The notes: generated by a model not told the origin, from the sequence alone. A DNA stretch of 58,839 bases, filler included, from Dugesia japonica (GCA_001938525.1; 5 parts of 5 records of this genome joined end to end with filler, not necessarily neighbours in it), one strand, 5' to 3'; counted from the first letter of the whole stretch, positions 38,491-51,019 are shown. A program made the numbers and translations.

Positions 38491-38970
38491 TCACACTGCT
38501 GATTCTACTACCTCCTCTGTCTCCAGCGTCTCTAAATGACCTCTAAGCACAGGCATTGTAGGTTCGATTTGTTGGCAGATTCTTCTACCGGCCTGATTAT
38601 GGGTGAGTAGGTGGTTCTTCAGCACCGTCTGACGATCCGTGATGGTTGGGGCTCGTATTAAATGCTCCGATGCACGTGACAACAACTCTGCTAGTGCTGA
38701 GGTATGTTGTTGTTGATCATTCTCCTGATAATTGAGCTGCTCTTGTAACTGTTCAACATGAGCTCACAGCCTCCGTATTTCCTCCTTTTGTTCCTGGATT
38801 TCGATGTTTCGTGTTCTTTTTTTATCTTCAGCTACCCACCAAGGGTCTGGATCTGTTCCTGCTACATTCCATAAATCATATAGAATCGGCATATCATTGC
38901 ATTTTCCGGAAGTAAACGACCATATTTTCAGCGATTTCTTGACTTCTGATAGATTTATCCTTCTGGACAT
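38491..38970 (-). pseudogene. Orphan ORF of about 160 codons with one in-frame TGA
   Basis: ORFs 38764-38970 and 38491-38685 are in frame and bridged by AHVEQLQEQLNYQENDQQQHTSALAE. GC-richer than the flanks. Confidence 0.5.
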
Positions 38971-39768
38971 CTAAATCACAATAATTCATCTTTAAATAAT
39001 AGTCAGTTGCATTTATTCACGAGTGAATTTTTTTAAAATTCCTTCGTTCTACAATCGATTTCTCATATAATTATTGTTATTTCAGCGAAACAGGAGTTAG
39101 AATTCCGCTGTGAAGACTTAGTGCCTCAGGGAATTCTACTTCCTCCTTCGCGATGCGTGTGGATAGTTATTAGGCATGATTTTAAGTCGCGCAATTCATT
39201 TTAAATATTTATTTAAAGTCTCTATAATCAAACATCAAAATATCATGAACAAAAGACTACTATAAGATGAGTTCTTTAAAAAAATTAATTTCAAACTAAA
39301 CATTTTATATAACTAAATTGATTAAACGAATAATAATTAAATAAGAATAAAATCATAACATTATCAACAGCCTACATTTAAAATATGTTATCAATAACTA
39401 TTATATCTTATTCAAACATAATCCTCAACAACTTTAAGCTTCCTTCTTTTAAGATCTATATTTTTCCATTTTATTATCATTACATTACAACAAAGTATCT
39501 TATAAGCTATACTCCAAGACCTTGTTCGATGCTATACATAAATTCCTTTTCGACAGGAAATCCTCTTTCGACTTAACAACAATTAATTGATATTATAGTT
39601 ATTATAATACGTCTTGATGTTAACTGATTTTTATTATTTTATTAAATAAATACTGTACTAGATTTATTAAGATATTCTTATCATTTTGTCGAATTATAAA
39701 ATCANACATTATGTAAAATTTCATGTGTGAAATATTAGTTATTTCATGATCAATATATAATTCATAAT

Positions 39769-39845
39769 TAGGGCATGCAAATTTACCGGTAAACGGTAAT
39801 TATTTTTAAAAAAAACTGGTTAACCGGTAAATACCGGTTTTTTAT
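39769..39845. mobile_element. Solo hAT-type terminus
   Basis: TAGGGCATGCA followed by clustered ACCGGT/AACGGT subterminal repeats. Confidence 0.4.
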
Positions 39846-40243
39846 TTTTAACAGTTAAAATTTAAAGTAATTTTTTTTGTGGATTTTTTTACTAAAAACA
39901 AAATAATAATAAACAATTTAATGAACTCCATTTTCTTTTATCATCTTAAATTGCTTACTTAAATTGTTTATTTTAATTTATTTCATAATTCTTTCATGAT
40001 AGTTGAACACTATTTAATTTCTTTCGATATTTATTTCAATTTATTTCATTCTTTCGATCTTTATTTAACCTCTTCTCTATTTATTTCATCCTATCTGAAC
40101 AATTTCTTTCATTTCTTTTGATATTTATTTTATTTGAATAATTTGTTTTATTCTTTCCATCTTTATTTAACCTTTTCTCGATATTTATTTCATAATATTT
40201 CATTTATATTTCATTTCATTTCTTCTTTTATATTAATTCAACA

Positions 40244-40425
40244 CTAGGTGGGCCTCGTTGCTCACTGCGAGCACCCACCAAACTCATTCAGTTGAACACC
40301 AAATTTTTGTAATATGCTCTCAGTGCACTCTATTCATATTGTGCATCCTCCGTATCGTTTAAATTTGAAAATGACGAAAATTTTTTTTTCAATTTTTTTT
40401 TAAATGTCACCCTGGGTGACCTTTA
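40244..40425 (-). mobile_element. Non-autonomous Helitron-like 3' end
   Basis: Minus strand: GC-rich hairpin GCTCGCAGTGAGC followed by CTAG|T at 40244-40247. Second palindrome GTCACCCTGGGTGAC at about 40406-40420. Confidence 0.4.
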
Positions 40426-41635
40426 TAAATAAAATATTAACATTATAAATAATAATATAACCTATACTGTATTATCAATAATAACGAATAAATAATATAA
40501 TAATAATTGAATATAAATAATATCAATAATACCGAATATAATAACTATTCATAATTTAATTATATTATTTCTCCATCGACATAATAATGTTAATAACAAC
40601 ATTATCAACAATAATAATAATAATAATAATAATGATAATAATAATAATCATACTACTTCAATTTGGTGATGAGAATAATAATAAATTCTGTTCAAACAAT
40701 AATCAGATTTTTATTCTCATTGTCATTAATAAAACAAATTATAATGTTTCAATATATAAATATTATATTATTTGTACTTTTGTTTTAATTTATATAATCT
40801 CATAATTTTAATAATATTAATTTGCTGGCGATTTTCCCCTATAATAACACTGAAAATACACGATTAAGATATTATAATTAATTTAATATTCTTATGCCTT
40901 TTTAATACATTATTCTCATTCATATTTTCNTCATTTTAATATATTATTACTTTTATATTATTCATATAAAATAAATAAAATATATAATTCATTGTTCTCA
41001 TTACCATTACTTCTCTTTCGTTTTCTCCTTCTTTTATTTCAACAATTTTACATTTATTATTAATTTATTGACCATTATTTACCTCTTTTGCTGTTATTAA
41101 TTTCTTCGGGTTTATTTGTTTTCTCATTTGTGATTAATATAACTTCCGATTTTCCTCTTTTTTCTTTATAATATTTATTTCTTTTAATTACGTAATTGTA
41201 TTTCACCAATTGTTTTAATAATTTCTTTTCTTAAACAATTGATTCTATTTCTTGTCAGTATTTTCGAAACACTCCTCTTTCCTTCTTTTATATTTCTCTA
41301 CTCTTTTATCTCGTTCCAGCCCAACACACAAAAAGTTATTTCGAGTTGCGACGATTTTTAATTTGGAACCAATTATTGTCGCAAAGTGAAGTACTGGTGT
41401 ATATTTAAATTTAATTGTATTTCTTAAATTTTAATGTAAGATATGAATTACGTTGTTTGAATATAATGAAATAAGTATCTTTTCAACTTTATAAGAATTC
41501 AACACAATTTTCCAATATTACATATATTTTGCATAGCAACTTGACATTGTTAATTTAAATAATACTAGTGATTAAGTGATTTCCTGGTAGTGTGCACATA
41601 TAATATTTTGTACTGATTTTTTTTGAATTTGTTAG

Positions 41636-42652
41636 AAATATGATATATGTGAACTAAAAAATTTATCAAAATTTATTTCCGAAATTGGATGGAGCTCAAA
41701 TGAAAAAATTTCAATAGAATTATATTTGGATAATGAAATTCATCCAATCATAAAAGATGAGATGATAATTATTTATCATAACTCCAACAATGAAGAAATT
41801 TTGAAAGAATATGAGAATTATAATGGAGTTTTTGTTCTTTTAAATTACATTTCAGGTAATTACCATTTTCGTCATATTTTCATTAGTAATTTATTTGATA
41901 TCTAGATAATGCTAATAATAATAATAATAATATAAATGATAATGAAAACACGAATCAGAGGAATATTCAAACTGATATTTCAAGCGTAATAGTTCTAATA
42001 GACTTAATATGATACATGTTTCTATTTCTCAGATAACAAATGCTAGAATGAAGGAAGATATTCAGAGTAAATTAGTAATTGAATTCGGGGATATGATGAA
42101 TTTCTCTAATTTTAATTTTATATTCTACAAAATATTATCAAAACTTAAATATTTCAAGATTGTCGATGAAATAATATCATCGGTTCAGCAATTGATTTAT
42201 CATATTGACAAGTATAAATAAAATTAAATAAATTTTATCTATTCATTGTTAGCAAAATAAATATTATTGGGACTGTCAAAGAAATTTCTGAATATCAATT
42301 TCAAGAATTGAATGATAATATTAAACGACACATAACGTCGATCAAAACTAAGAAATCTGATAATATTTTAAACACTGTCAATGATGAAATTATTAACTTT
42401 ATTAATAAAATGTTTATGGAAAATATGAATAGTAATTTATTAATTTTTGTTTAAATGAGCTCTTTGAATATTTATTTGTTGAAATTTAATAAATTTGTTA
42501 TCAAGTTTCAGATGAAACATTGTTCTCTGACATTTTGAATAAAGATATATTTAATGAACTAGAAATTAAAGTAAATTTTAATGGGATACATCAAATAAAT
42601 TTGTTTTAATTAGGAAAGTGATTTGGCTCCTTTCAGAAGCAAAATACCTTGG
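41636..42652 (+). CDS. Multi-exon host gene fragment, unknown product
   Basis: Chain of open exons (KYDICELKNLSKFISEIGWSS..., DNANNNNN..., ESDLAPFRSKIPW) separated by short GT-AG introns such as 41856-41905. Confidence 0.45.
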
Positions 42653-43059
42653 GTAAATATTATTTATGTTAAGTGTGTTTGCAGTACTCATCGAATAATT
42701 AAATTCACAACTTGATTCAATTAAAGATATTTTCACAAAATAAAAACAATGACAATCATTATTTGTTTATTCAGACAAATTAAAACTATATGCTTAGTTG
42801 GGAATATTTTTTATTAAAGTTTAAAATAAAAAATTTATTTTATTAAATTTCTCGTTTAAAACATTTTCGAAATTTAAAAATAAAATTCTCACTTTATATT
42901 TTCATTTATCAGTTATTTAAAAAAAAATTAATGTAAATTATGTTTTTTGAACATTTAAACTAATTCTTAATTTTTCTCTACAAATTAAATATTCCTTATT
43001 CACATTTTTAACAAACTAATTTCCTACCAATATCAAACTTTTTAATTTTNAAAAACAAT

Positions 43060-43570
43060 TAAATTATAATTCAATTATTTGATAATTTATAATCAAAATT
43101 ATTTATAAATTATAATGAAATTATTTTATAAATTATAATGAAATTATTTTAAAATTTATAATTAAATTATTTTATAAATAATAATTCAATTTTTTTACAA
43201 TTTAAAATTAAATTATTTTAAAAATAATAATTCAATTATTTTGCAATTTATAATTAAATTATTTTATAAATAATAATTCAATATATTTGATAATTTTTTA
43301 TTAAAATTATTTTATAAATTATAATTAAATTATTTTATAATTTATAATTAAATNNNNNNNNNNNNNNNNNNNNNNNNNNNNNNNNNNNNNNNNNNNNNNN
43401 NNNNNNNNNNNNNNNNNNNNNNNNNNNNNNNNNNNNNNNNNNNNNNNNNNNNNNNNNNNNNNNNNNNNNNNNNNNNNNNNNNNNNNNNNNNNNATAAATT
43501 AATTTATAATCAAATTTATTTTATAAATTATATTGAAATGATTTTATAAATTATAATTAAATTATTTTGT
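43060..43570. repeat. AT-only tandem repeat (about 23-bp unit)
   Basis: Repeated AATTATTTTATAAATTATAAT(T/G)A spanning a gap. Confidence 0.8.
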
Positions 43571-43699
43571 TTTTATTAGCTTCATAAATCTTCACCGTTA
43601 AAGGAATTTGTGAATTATTATTCTGCTAATATAACCAGTTTGATGAAGAGAATTAACCAGATATACATTCGTAAAGTATATTTTTTTTATAAATAATTA

Positions 43700-43799
43700 N
43701 NNNNNNNNNNNNNNNNNNNNNNNNNNNNNNNNNNNNNNNNNNNTTAATTAATTAANNNNNNNNNNNNNNNNNNNNNNNNNNNNNNNNNNNNNNNNNNNN
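43700..43799. other. Artificial contig spacer
   Basis: 44 N + TTAATTAATTAA (43744-43755) + 44 N. Confidence 0.95.
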
Positions 43800-44189
43800 C
43801 TTACAACTAAAAGCTTTCAAAATATTAACGAATTTCTTTTGTAAATCAATTTGTAATATCATTAAAAGTTTTTAAAGTAATTTTTGTTTGTTATATAAGG
43901 ACTACTATAAAGCATAAATACATTGAATTTATTTATTTATAGTAAAAATATTAAGTCTTATAAGGAGAATATATAACGATAATACATTGGGATTACTATA
44001 ACCGATTTTTAACAAACTAAGAAAAGTTGATTTATCTTGGCCAAATCCCCAAAGGTATCTCAACAAATTAAAACAAACGAAAAATAAACGAATTTTTGCG
44101 AATTTTGTGATCAAAATTTTTCGCAATCTGAGTAAATGCCAACAGAGGATAGAAAACTATTCTTCACACATAACAAAAAAATTTCTTAC

Positions 44190-44246
44190 AATGGGGGAGG
44201 GTAGATAAAAAATGTCATTGTTCCAGTGCGCCACTATTTACCTATT
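44190..44246. mobile_element. Solo right terminus of the AGTAG family
   Basis: Reverse complement AATAGGTAAATAGTGGCGCACTGGAACAATG, with a GGGGGAGGG tract about 50 bp inside, as in the other termini. Confidence 0.6.
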
Positions 44247-45391
44247 TATAATTATATTTACCATTGCTGAATGGCGTTCAAATTTGAGTAGCAATGTTTG
44301 TTATTTAAAACTACCCGAAATAAATTTAATTAAAACATTTGACCGGATTTGGTTTCATCAGGCTCTTTTTTCTCATTTTAATTTTTATAATAAATTCATT
44401 TAAGAATGATTTCATATTGTTATCTCACAAATAACGTTATACAATATATTGATTTTGAACTTAAAACGCACATTATCTTATCAGTACCTTTCTTTCTTAA
44501 TATCCAGTAGCCATTTTTGAAAATATAAGCTTTTCTATTCACCATTAAAACTTTATTGTTAAATGGGTTTTTCAAAATTCTAGAAAAGTTAACGATTTAA
44601 GCAAATCAAACGTCTTAAAATATTATGAAAGAAGAAAAGTAGGCACTAAAAATTGTCAAGTAAGATGCTATATGCTTGGTTACTGTGAGATATTACTAAG
44701 AATATTATAATATTTTTATATTAACCTTTATAAAAGTAAATTGGCATGTATGTGATAATAGGTGAATGTGTGATTGACTGCTTGAATGTGTATATGATTT
44801 TAGTGCTCAGACATATATATATATATATATATATATTGTTACAGTGTCATTTTCTGAATTAAATATATATTTTGTGCTTAACTCTATTTCCAAGTCTAAC
44901 AGTTACGATAATGTAAACTAAATGTTAAGAATTAGAAGATTAATACCAATTCAAAACAAACTTACAAATTTAACGTTGTTATCCCAATGTTGTTAAACAA
45001 CAAATACTGCCTTAAAAAATTCTCTCCATAACAAATTTCATATAACATTTTAATTTTTTAATATTTACATAGTGAGGAGAAAAATAAAAATAGTACCTAA
45101 TCATAGAATTTTCTGTGATGAGTTATCCCTCACAAAATTTATAAATAAATATCAAAATGAATGTTAAATTAGTTCACAAGAACCTACAATTGAATTTTAT
45201 ATTTTTTTATTATTTTAAGTGTAAATGAGGAAATTGTAATATCAAATGTTATGTTTGCATTCAAATAAAGATAAAGTCTTGATATCGTTTATTTACGTTT
45301 ATGTAAATTGTAAAATTTAACAGTCAAATTTAAAATATAAAGCTTGTTTGTTTAATTTAAATAAATCATCATTTTAAACGTGGTAATTTGA

Positions 45392-45801
45392 ATGTCGGTA
45401 TTATGTTATCTTTCTTTTTTATCTGATTTCAAGTTATTACTTATTTCTATTGGAATATATTTGCTATATAAGTAATAATATTGTTACAATAAAATTATTT
45501 ATTACTTAAAAGATATGGAAAAAGTAAACACAATCTCCATATAAAACTTGGTCGTGAAGGTCCTCCGCCATGGCCCATTATTGGAAATTTTGCGGACCTA
45601 TTGAAATTAGGTCTCCATAAAATGTACAGAGAACATTTACAAAAATATGGAAGAATTTATCCGTAATGATTTATATAAGTTATATAATATTTGATTATTT
45701 ATAGATTCTACATTGGAAATATCAAATCAATTGTTGTTTCGGATGAAGAGTTACTAAAACAAATTCTAATAAAGGAAGCTAAATGCTTTCAAGATAGAAT
45801 G
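45392..45801 (+). CDS. Cytochrome P450 (CYP3-clan-like), first three exons
   Basis: Exons 45392-45471, 45513-45662 and 45705-45801 splice in frame. They give a TM anchor, GPPPWPIIGN, KYGRIYPFYIG and IVVSDEELLKQILIKE. Introns are 41 and 42 nt, GT-AG. Confidence 0.85.
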
Positions 45802-46060
45802 GTATTTATGAATATTTAACTAAATTATTTACAAAAGATGTTCTTTCTCGAAAAAAATAAAATAAATAATAATTCTAATTTGGATTAATCTTTTCTCAAA
45901 ATATCAGTTGTTTCTTTCAAGTTTCAAATTTTCCCCACAATTATTTGCTTTATCTAAAATAAAATATTAATTTTTAACGTAATTAATTCTTACTTTGAAC
46001 ATTTAAAATTAACCTGAGAACAATGCGAGGGAATTTGTATTGACATTTTTTGTATTGTAT

Positions 46061-46167
46061 TTATGAAAGAAGCAGTTGTTTAAATAAATCACACTGTTTT
46101 GAAGTTTTGCAAATGTCACATATACTTTGACTGACCATTGATAGAGCCCCGTCAGTAATGATAATAT
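46061..46167 (-). repeat. 107-bp inverted copy of hAT transposase sequence at 57208-57314
   Basis: 105/107 identity to the reverse complement of 57208-57314. Confidence 0.95.
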
Positions 46168-47045
46168 ATTGAAGAAGATAGAAGAAAGAAATTTTATGCC
46201 TCTAAAAAATTTGAAGGTTATTTTTCATTGAGAAATTTATTTGGATTCATGCAAAATTTTAACTGAGTTCTTTACAACACAATTAAATAGAATTTAATTG
46301 CTATCGTCAAATTAATAATAAACTTTTATTTAAAGGAGAAGGCTCACCAAATTTAAAATTAATGACTTTAGAATTACACATTCCAGAATGTAGATTAACA
46401 CCAAAAATCGAATTAATGCTTTTAGAAAGAATTTCAACAGATAAACCAATTAAAGTTGGATTTTTAAATAGAATGACTGGTAAAGCAATATTAAATACTG
46501 GAAATTATGCTTCTTTAAAATTAAGTATGCTTGCATACAAACCAAGATATATTTTTATTGCTATAAAAAATGAAACTATTTCTTTTGCAAATTAAAATAA
46601 TTTATTTATTCATAAGAAAACAAAAATCACAAAGGGAGTAGCACCAGCTGTAGATAAAACTGAAAATTTTCATTTAAAAAGTATCCAAATACAATTAAAT
46701 AATAATTACTATCCAATTAATGAATNNNNNNNNNNNNNNNNNNNNNNNNNNNNNNNNNNNNNNNNNNNNNNNNNNNNNNNNNNNNNNNNNNNNNNNNNNN
46801 NNNNNNNNNNNNNNNNNNNNNNNNNNNNNNNNNNNNNNNNNNNNNNNNNNNNNNNNNNNNNNNNNNNNNNNNNNNNNNNNNNNNNNNNNNNNNNNNNNNN
46901 NNNNNNNNNNNNNNNNNNNNNNNNTCCAGATTTTACAGGAAGTCTTTACTGGTGTATTCTTGAAGAAAAACATGTAGAAATGAAATTAGCAAATAATAAA
47001 ATTGCCGTGATAGAAAATGTTAAAGGTGTTGAATTTCCTCATTAA
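46168..47045 (+). pseudogene. Major capsid protein (double jelly-roll), 5'-truncated
   Basis: LRNLFGF, LELHIP, KPRYIFIAI and LKSIQIQLNNNYYP motifs of the Polinton MCP; position in the element. Confidence 0.7.
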
Positions 47046-47049
47046 ATAA

Positions 47050-48267
47050 ATGACCAAATCAACAAAATTTACATGTGAAAAATGTCATAGAATTTAATTA
47101 AAAAAAATAAAGCTCGACACGTGAAACTTTGTAAAGGTGGAGGAGATCTTCAATCATCAGGTTTTATTAGTAATGTTTTAAAACCATTTACTTGGGAAAA
47201 ATATCCGGTTGAAAGACATTTTTTCCGTCATAATTATACTGGACCAGGAACTAGATTAGATTTAAGACTCGATGAAAATAATATTCCAAAAGAAGGAGAA
47301 AAACCAGTTAACCGAATTGACGCTTCAGAATTGAAACACGTCCTTGCTTATCATTCAGAAAATTTGAGAGATCGACATCTAGCTGATACAGCTTTAATAG
47401 AAGATATTAATGATATAGAAAATCCAACAGCAGAAGAAAAATTTCAAGGAGCTCTTGTAAAATTAATAATGAAGGGTAAAATAATGATAGGCCAGTCCGT
47501 AGGAAAAGGATTAGCAGACGAACTTCATCATGAATATAGAAAACCGAAAGAATTCCTAAAAGTAACAGTGAGTGAACCAGATGAAACTTGGTCNGCAGAT
47601 TTAACTTTTCATAATAAAAAAGTAATGTTAACTGTTATCGATCTTTATACAAGATTTGCATTTGTAGAACTTTGTGAAAATAAAACCGGAAAGGAAGTCA
47701 AGGATGCTTTTGAAAGATTCTGGAAAAATCTAATCGAGTTCCAAATAATCTTTGGGTTGATCGTGGAAAAGAATTTTACAACAAAACATTTACTACTTTT
47801 TGTGAAGAAAATGATATTAACCGCTATTCTACTTATAATGAAGGCAAAGCAGTTGTAATTGAAAGATTTAACCGAACATTTAAAAATAAACTTTTTAAAT
47901 ATTTTACTACCGTTGGAAATCAACAAATCACACTTGAATTATTAGAAAAAATAGTGGATGATTATAATAACAGAATTCATTCTTCAATAGAGACAACTCC
48001 AAAACTTGCCTTTGAAACCGGAGTGATAAAATTACCCAAAGAAAAAAAATATAAAAATCCAAAATTTATAATAGGAGATTGCGTTAGAATATTTTTAATA
48101 AAAAAAATACATTTGAAAAAAAATATAGATTTAAATGGAGTACATATATTTACACAGTGAAAAAAGTTTATTCAACAATTCCACCAACTTATCAAATTAT
48201 GGATGATGATGATGAAAAAGTTCTTGAAAGATTTTATGAGAATGAGTTACAAAAAACTTTTATATAA
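47050..48267 (+). pseudogene. Zn-finger + parvovirus-type PLA2 domain + integrase fusion
   Basis: CEKC..H..C, then HNYTGPGT..PVNRIDASELKHVLAY..RHLAD, then LADELH..W.ADL..LTVIDLYTRFA, WVDRGKEFYN, IERFNRT, YNNRIHSSI and FYENELQK. PLA2 and integrase start share ORF 47121-47858. Confidence 0.88.
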
Positions 48268-48272
48268 AAAGG

Positions 48273-49030
48273 ATGAGTAATTTAGTTTGGAAGAAAGACA
48301 TGACCATTTTTAATAATAAACTTTTTCCTAGTAATTTTNGATTGTTGATAATTGGATCTTCTGGTTGTGGAAAAAATGTTCTCTTAAATCAAATGTTTCT
48401 TACACCAGTTTTTCTTGATTATGATAATTTAATAATTTACTCAACTACAATTAATCAATTCGAAATGAGATTAATATATCATGGATTTTTAAATGGATTA
48501 ACAAAAGATGAAATAATATTAATTTTTAATAAGCAAGTGATTGTTCCTGATTCTTGTGACACACCAACCGAGGTTATAGATTTTTTCATTCAAAAAAAAT
48601 TTTTAATAAAAAGGCCACAGGTAATAGAAATAACTCTAAGTGCAGATANNNNNNNNNNNNNNNNNNNNNNNNNNNNNNNNNNNNNNNNNNNNNNNNNNAA
48701 TTTTTTATGATGTAGTAAATTAAAGAAATCAAGAAATTCAAAAAAGTTATTTCACTCGAGGCCGTCATTCAAATTGTAATGTAATTTATATTTCTCAAAC
48801 TTATTATCACCTCGATAAAAATTCAATAAGAAATAACAGCAACTGTTTTATATTTTTTCGTTTAAATAAAAAAGATCGCGATAGTGTTTATAGNGATTTA
48901 TTTTCAAATGTTTTTTATGATAAAGATAATTATGATTATGAAACAAATCACCATTGGGAAAAACCCTATACATATTTTTATTTAAATCCATTAACAAATG
49001 AAATGACAACCAATCTTTTTGCTTAGAAAA
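48273..49030 (+). pseudogene. A32/FtsK-like packaging ATPase
   Basis: Walker A LLIIGSSGCGK; RGRHSNCNVIYISQTYY..IRNNSNCFIFF. Confidence 0.88.
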
Positions 49031-49511
49031 ATGGCGAGCGAAGCGAGACATAAAAGTACTGAATCAAAAGACACAAGCACATCGATCACAGAAGATGAAT
49101 TAAAAAAATTAGTAAATTCAAATCTTTCTAGATCGATTAAAATTGATGGTAAAAATTATTGGATAGGTAAACGAGCAAAAGCAGAAATTAAAAAACATGA
49201 AAAAAAACAAGGCGGTTTTGTTTTCTTGGCAGCCATACCGGGAATCCTAGCCGGTCTTGGCGCAGCAGCAGGCGTTGCCAGTGGAATCGCATCCACCATT
49301 TCAAATTCCCGAGAGGCATATAAACACCAACTTGAAATTGACAACATGAATAAAGAAATTGAAATAGAAAATATAAATGAAAAACAGGGGGAAGCAATTT
49401 ATAAATATTTAAAAAATCAAAATTTAAAACCAACAAAAGAATTAAAAAAAAGGTGGGGGAATATTTTTAAGACCCTATAGCGATGGAAGTGGTGTATATT
49501 TAAATCCTTAA
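49031..49511 (+). CDS. Core/membrane-active virion protein with GG-F cleavage motif
   Basis: Basic stretch, then KQGGFVFLAAIPGILAGLGAAAGVASGIA (adenovirus pX/pVI-like motif). Frameshifted tail GSGVYL. Confidence 0.6.
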
Positions 49512-49515
49512 TAAA

Positions 49516-50344
49516 ATGGATACTTTAGTAAGTAGAATTAAAGAATTAAAATTAATAATTGAGGGCGAAGAAAAATATAATGAATATTTCACTAGTAAAG
49601 TTTTACAATCAAAAAATTTACAATTATCACTTGCTTTTCAACAAAAACCTTTAATTTCAGCTTTACAACAAACCGTTGCACAACAATTACAACCATTAAC
49701 ACCAGAAATAAAATCACCGCAACCAATAATTCAACCAATATTAGAAGAAAAATTAGAACAAAAATTAGAACTAAAATTAGAACCAAAATTAGAACCATTC
49801 TTAATAGATACCTCAACAATTATAATTAATAATAATTTACCAAAAACAATAAAACCAGAATTTAATTATGAAAATATTAATGAACAACAATATCCAACTT
49901 TAAAAATAAATAATAAAAAAATATATTTAGTTAAAGAAAATGAAAACCGATATTTTTTTTACAGAAAATAAACTTATTCCTTATAAAAATGAAATAATGC
50001 ATTTAATTTTAGGAGAAGGAAAAGAAACTGATAATTTAGATGATGAAAATATTATTACTTATTTAAAAAAATTAAATATTGATCATCGAAAGAATAGAAA
50101 GTATTATAATATGTTGATAAAAAAAGTAAAATCAAAATCAGTAGAATCTTTATCAAAAAAAATAAAACGTGGAAAAGGGAACCAAATAGATTTATTTGAA
50201 AAATTAATGGTTTTAATTTCAGCTAAAAAATCTGGTCATAAAAATACTAATTCTGAAATAAAATCAATCTGTGAAAAATTAAAAAATAAAAAATTAATTT
50301 CAAATGAGAAATATAAAATTTATCAAAAAAAATATTTTNAATAA
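49516..50344 (+). pseudogene. Conserved Polinton PZ-like protein (frameshifted)
   Basis: C-terminal KRGKG..L.VLISAKKSGH.N...EI..I.E.L motif. Two overlapping ORFs, 49516-49971 and 49940-50344. Confidence 0.55.
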
Positions 50345-51019
50345 ATGTCTCATCAATTTTTAGTTACCGGTAAAGGTCCAAGTTTAGAAATTAATTTAAA
50401 ACATCCATTAGAATTAACAGGAGAACATGAACTTGGTTTAATATGTTTTTCTTGTTATAATATTATTTTTAATATAGAAAAAGAAAATTGTAATTTTACT
50501 TATGCTGATGTAAATAAAAAAATTCAACCAAGAGCTTATGAAGTTAAACAAATTGCAGAAAAATTAAAAGATTTGGGAATTGAGATAATTGCAGATCTTT
50601 CAACAGCTAGGTGTTCACTTGAAATAAAAAACACTTTAAAATTTGATAATAAATCTTTCTTTTTTAAACTTTTAGGTTTTACAGTAAAAGAGTATATTCC
50701 AGGGAAAAAATATTATTCTGAAGAAAAAATTAATATTAGTAATAATATAAATATGATAAACATTACTTCTAATTTAATCAAGGGAAATTATATAAATAAT
50801 AAACCAACTAATTTTTTATATTCATTTCCAGTAAATACTGTAAGGTTTGGATTTAAAATTATTGAAAGACCACCAAAACCCATTTATTCAAAAATAACTA
50901 GTGGTTATGTTGATGAGTTAAGATTTGAAGTTGTAGATGAAAATTTTAAACCTGTTGATTTTAATAATGAAACAATGTCATTTTTAATTCATCTAAGAAA
51001 ATGTCCGATATTAAAATAG
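50345..51019 (+). CDS. Minor capsid protein (penton)
   Basis: Intact 224-aa ORF with INITSNLIKGNYIN..LYSF..GFKIIERP..IY..VDENFKPVDFNNE..LIHL. Confidence 0.8.
   Translation: MSHQFLVTGKGPSLEINLKHPLELTGEHELGLICFSCYNIIFNIEKENCNFTYADVNKKIQPRAYEVKQIAEKLKDLGIEIIADLSTARCSLEIKNTLKFDNKSFFFKLLGFTVKEYIPGKKYYSEEKINISNNINMINITSNLIKGNYINNKPTNFLYSFPVNTVRFGFKIIERPPKPIYSKITSGYVDELRFEVVDENFKPVDFNNETMSFLIHLRKCPILK

Noticed and set aside
38764-38766. Selenocysteine or readthrough TGA
   Set aside because: It lies in a coiled coil (RRL*A) with no redox motif or recognisable SECIS. CGA-to-TGA decay is simpler.
39080-39200. HDV-like ribozyme on the minus strand
   Set aside because: P1-, P4- and L3-like pieces exist, but no P2 or P3 pairing could be built.
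40587-40805. Poly-Ile ORF
   Set aside because: Translation of an (AAT)n microsatellite.
46061-46167. Genuine Polinton TIR of element D
   Set aside because: The sequence is hAT transposase coding DNA, lacks an AG terminus, and the right copy runs on into the transposase with no TSD.
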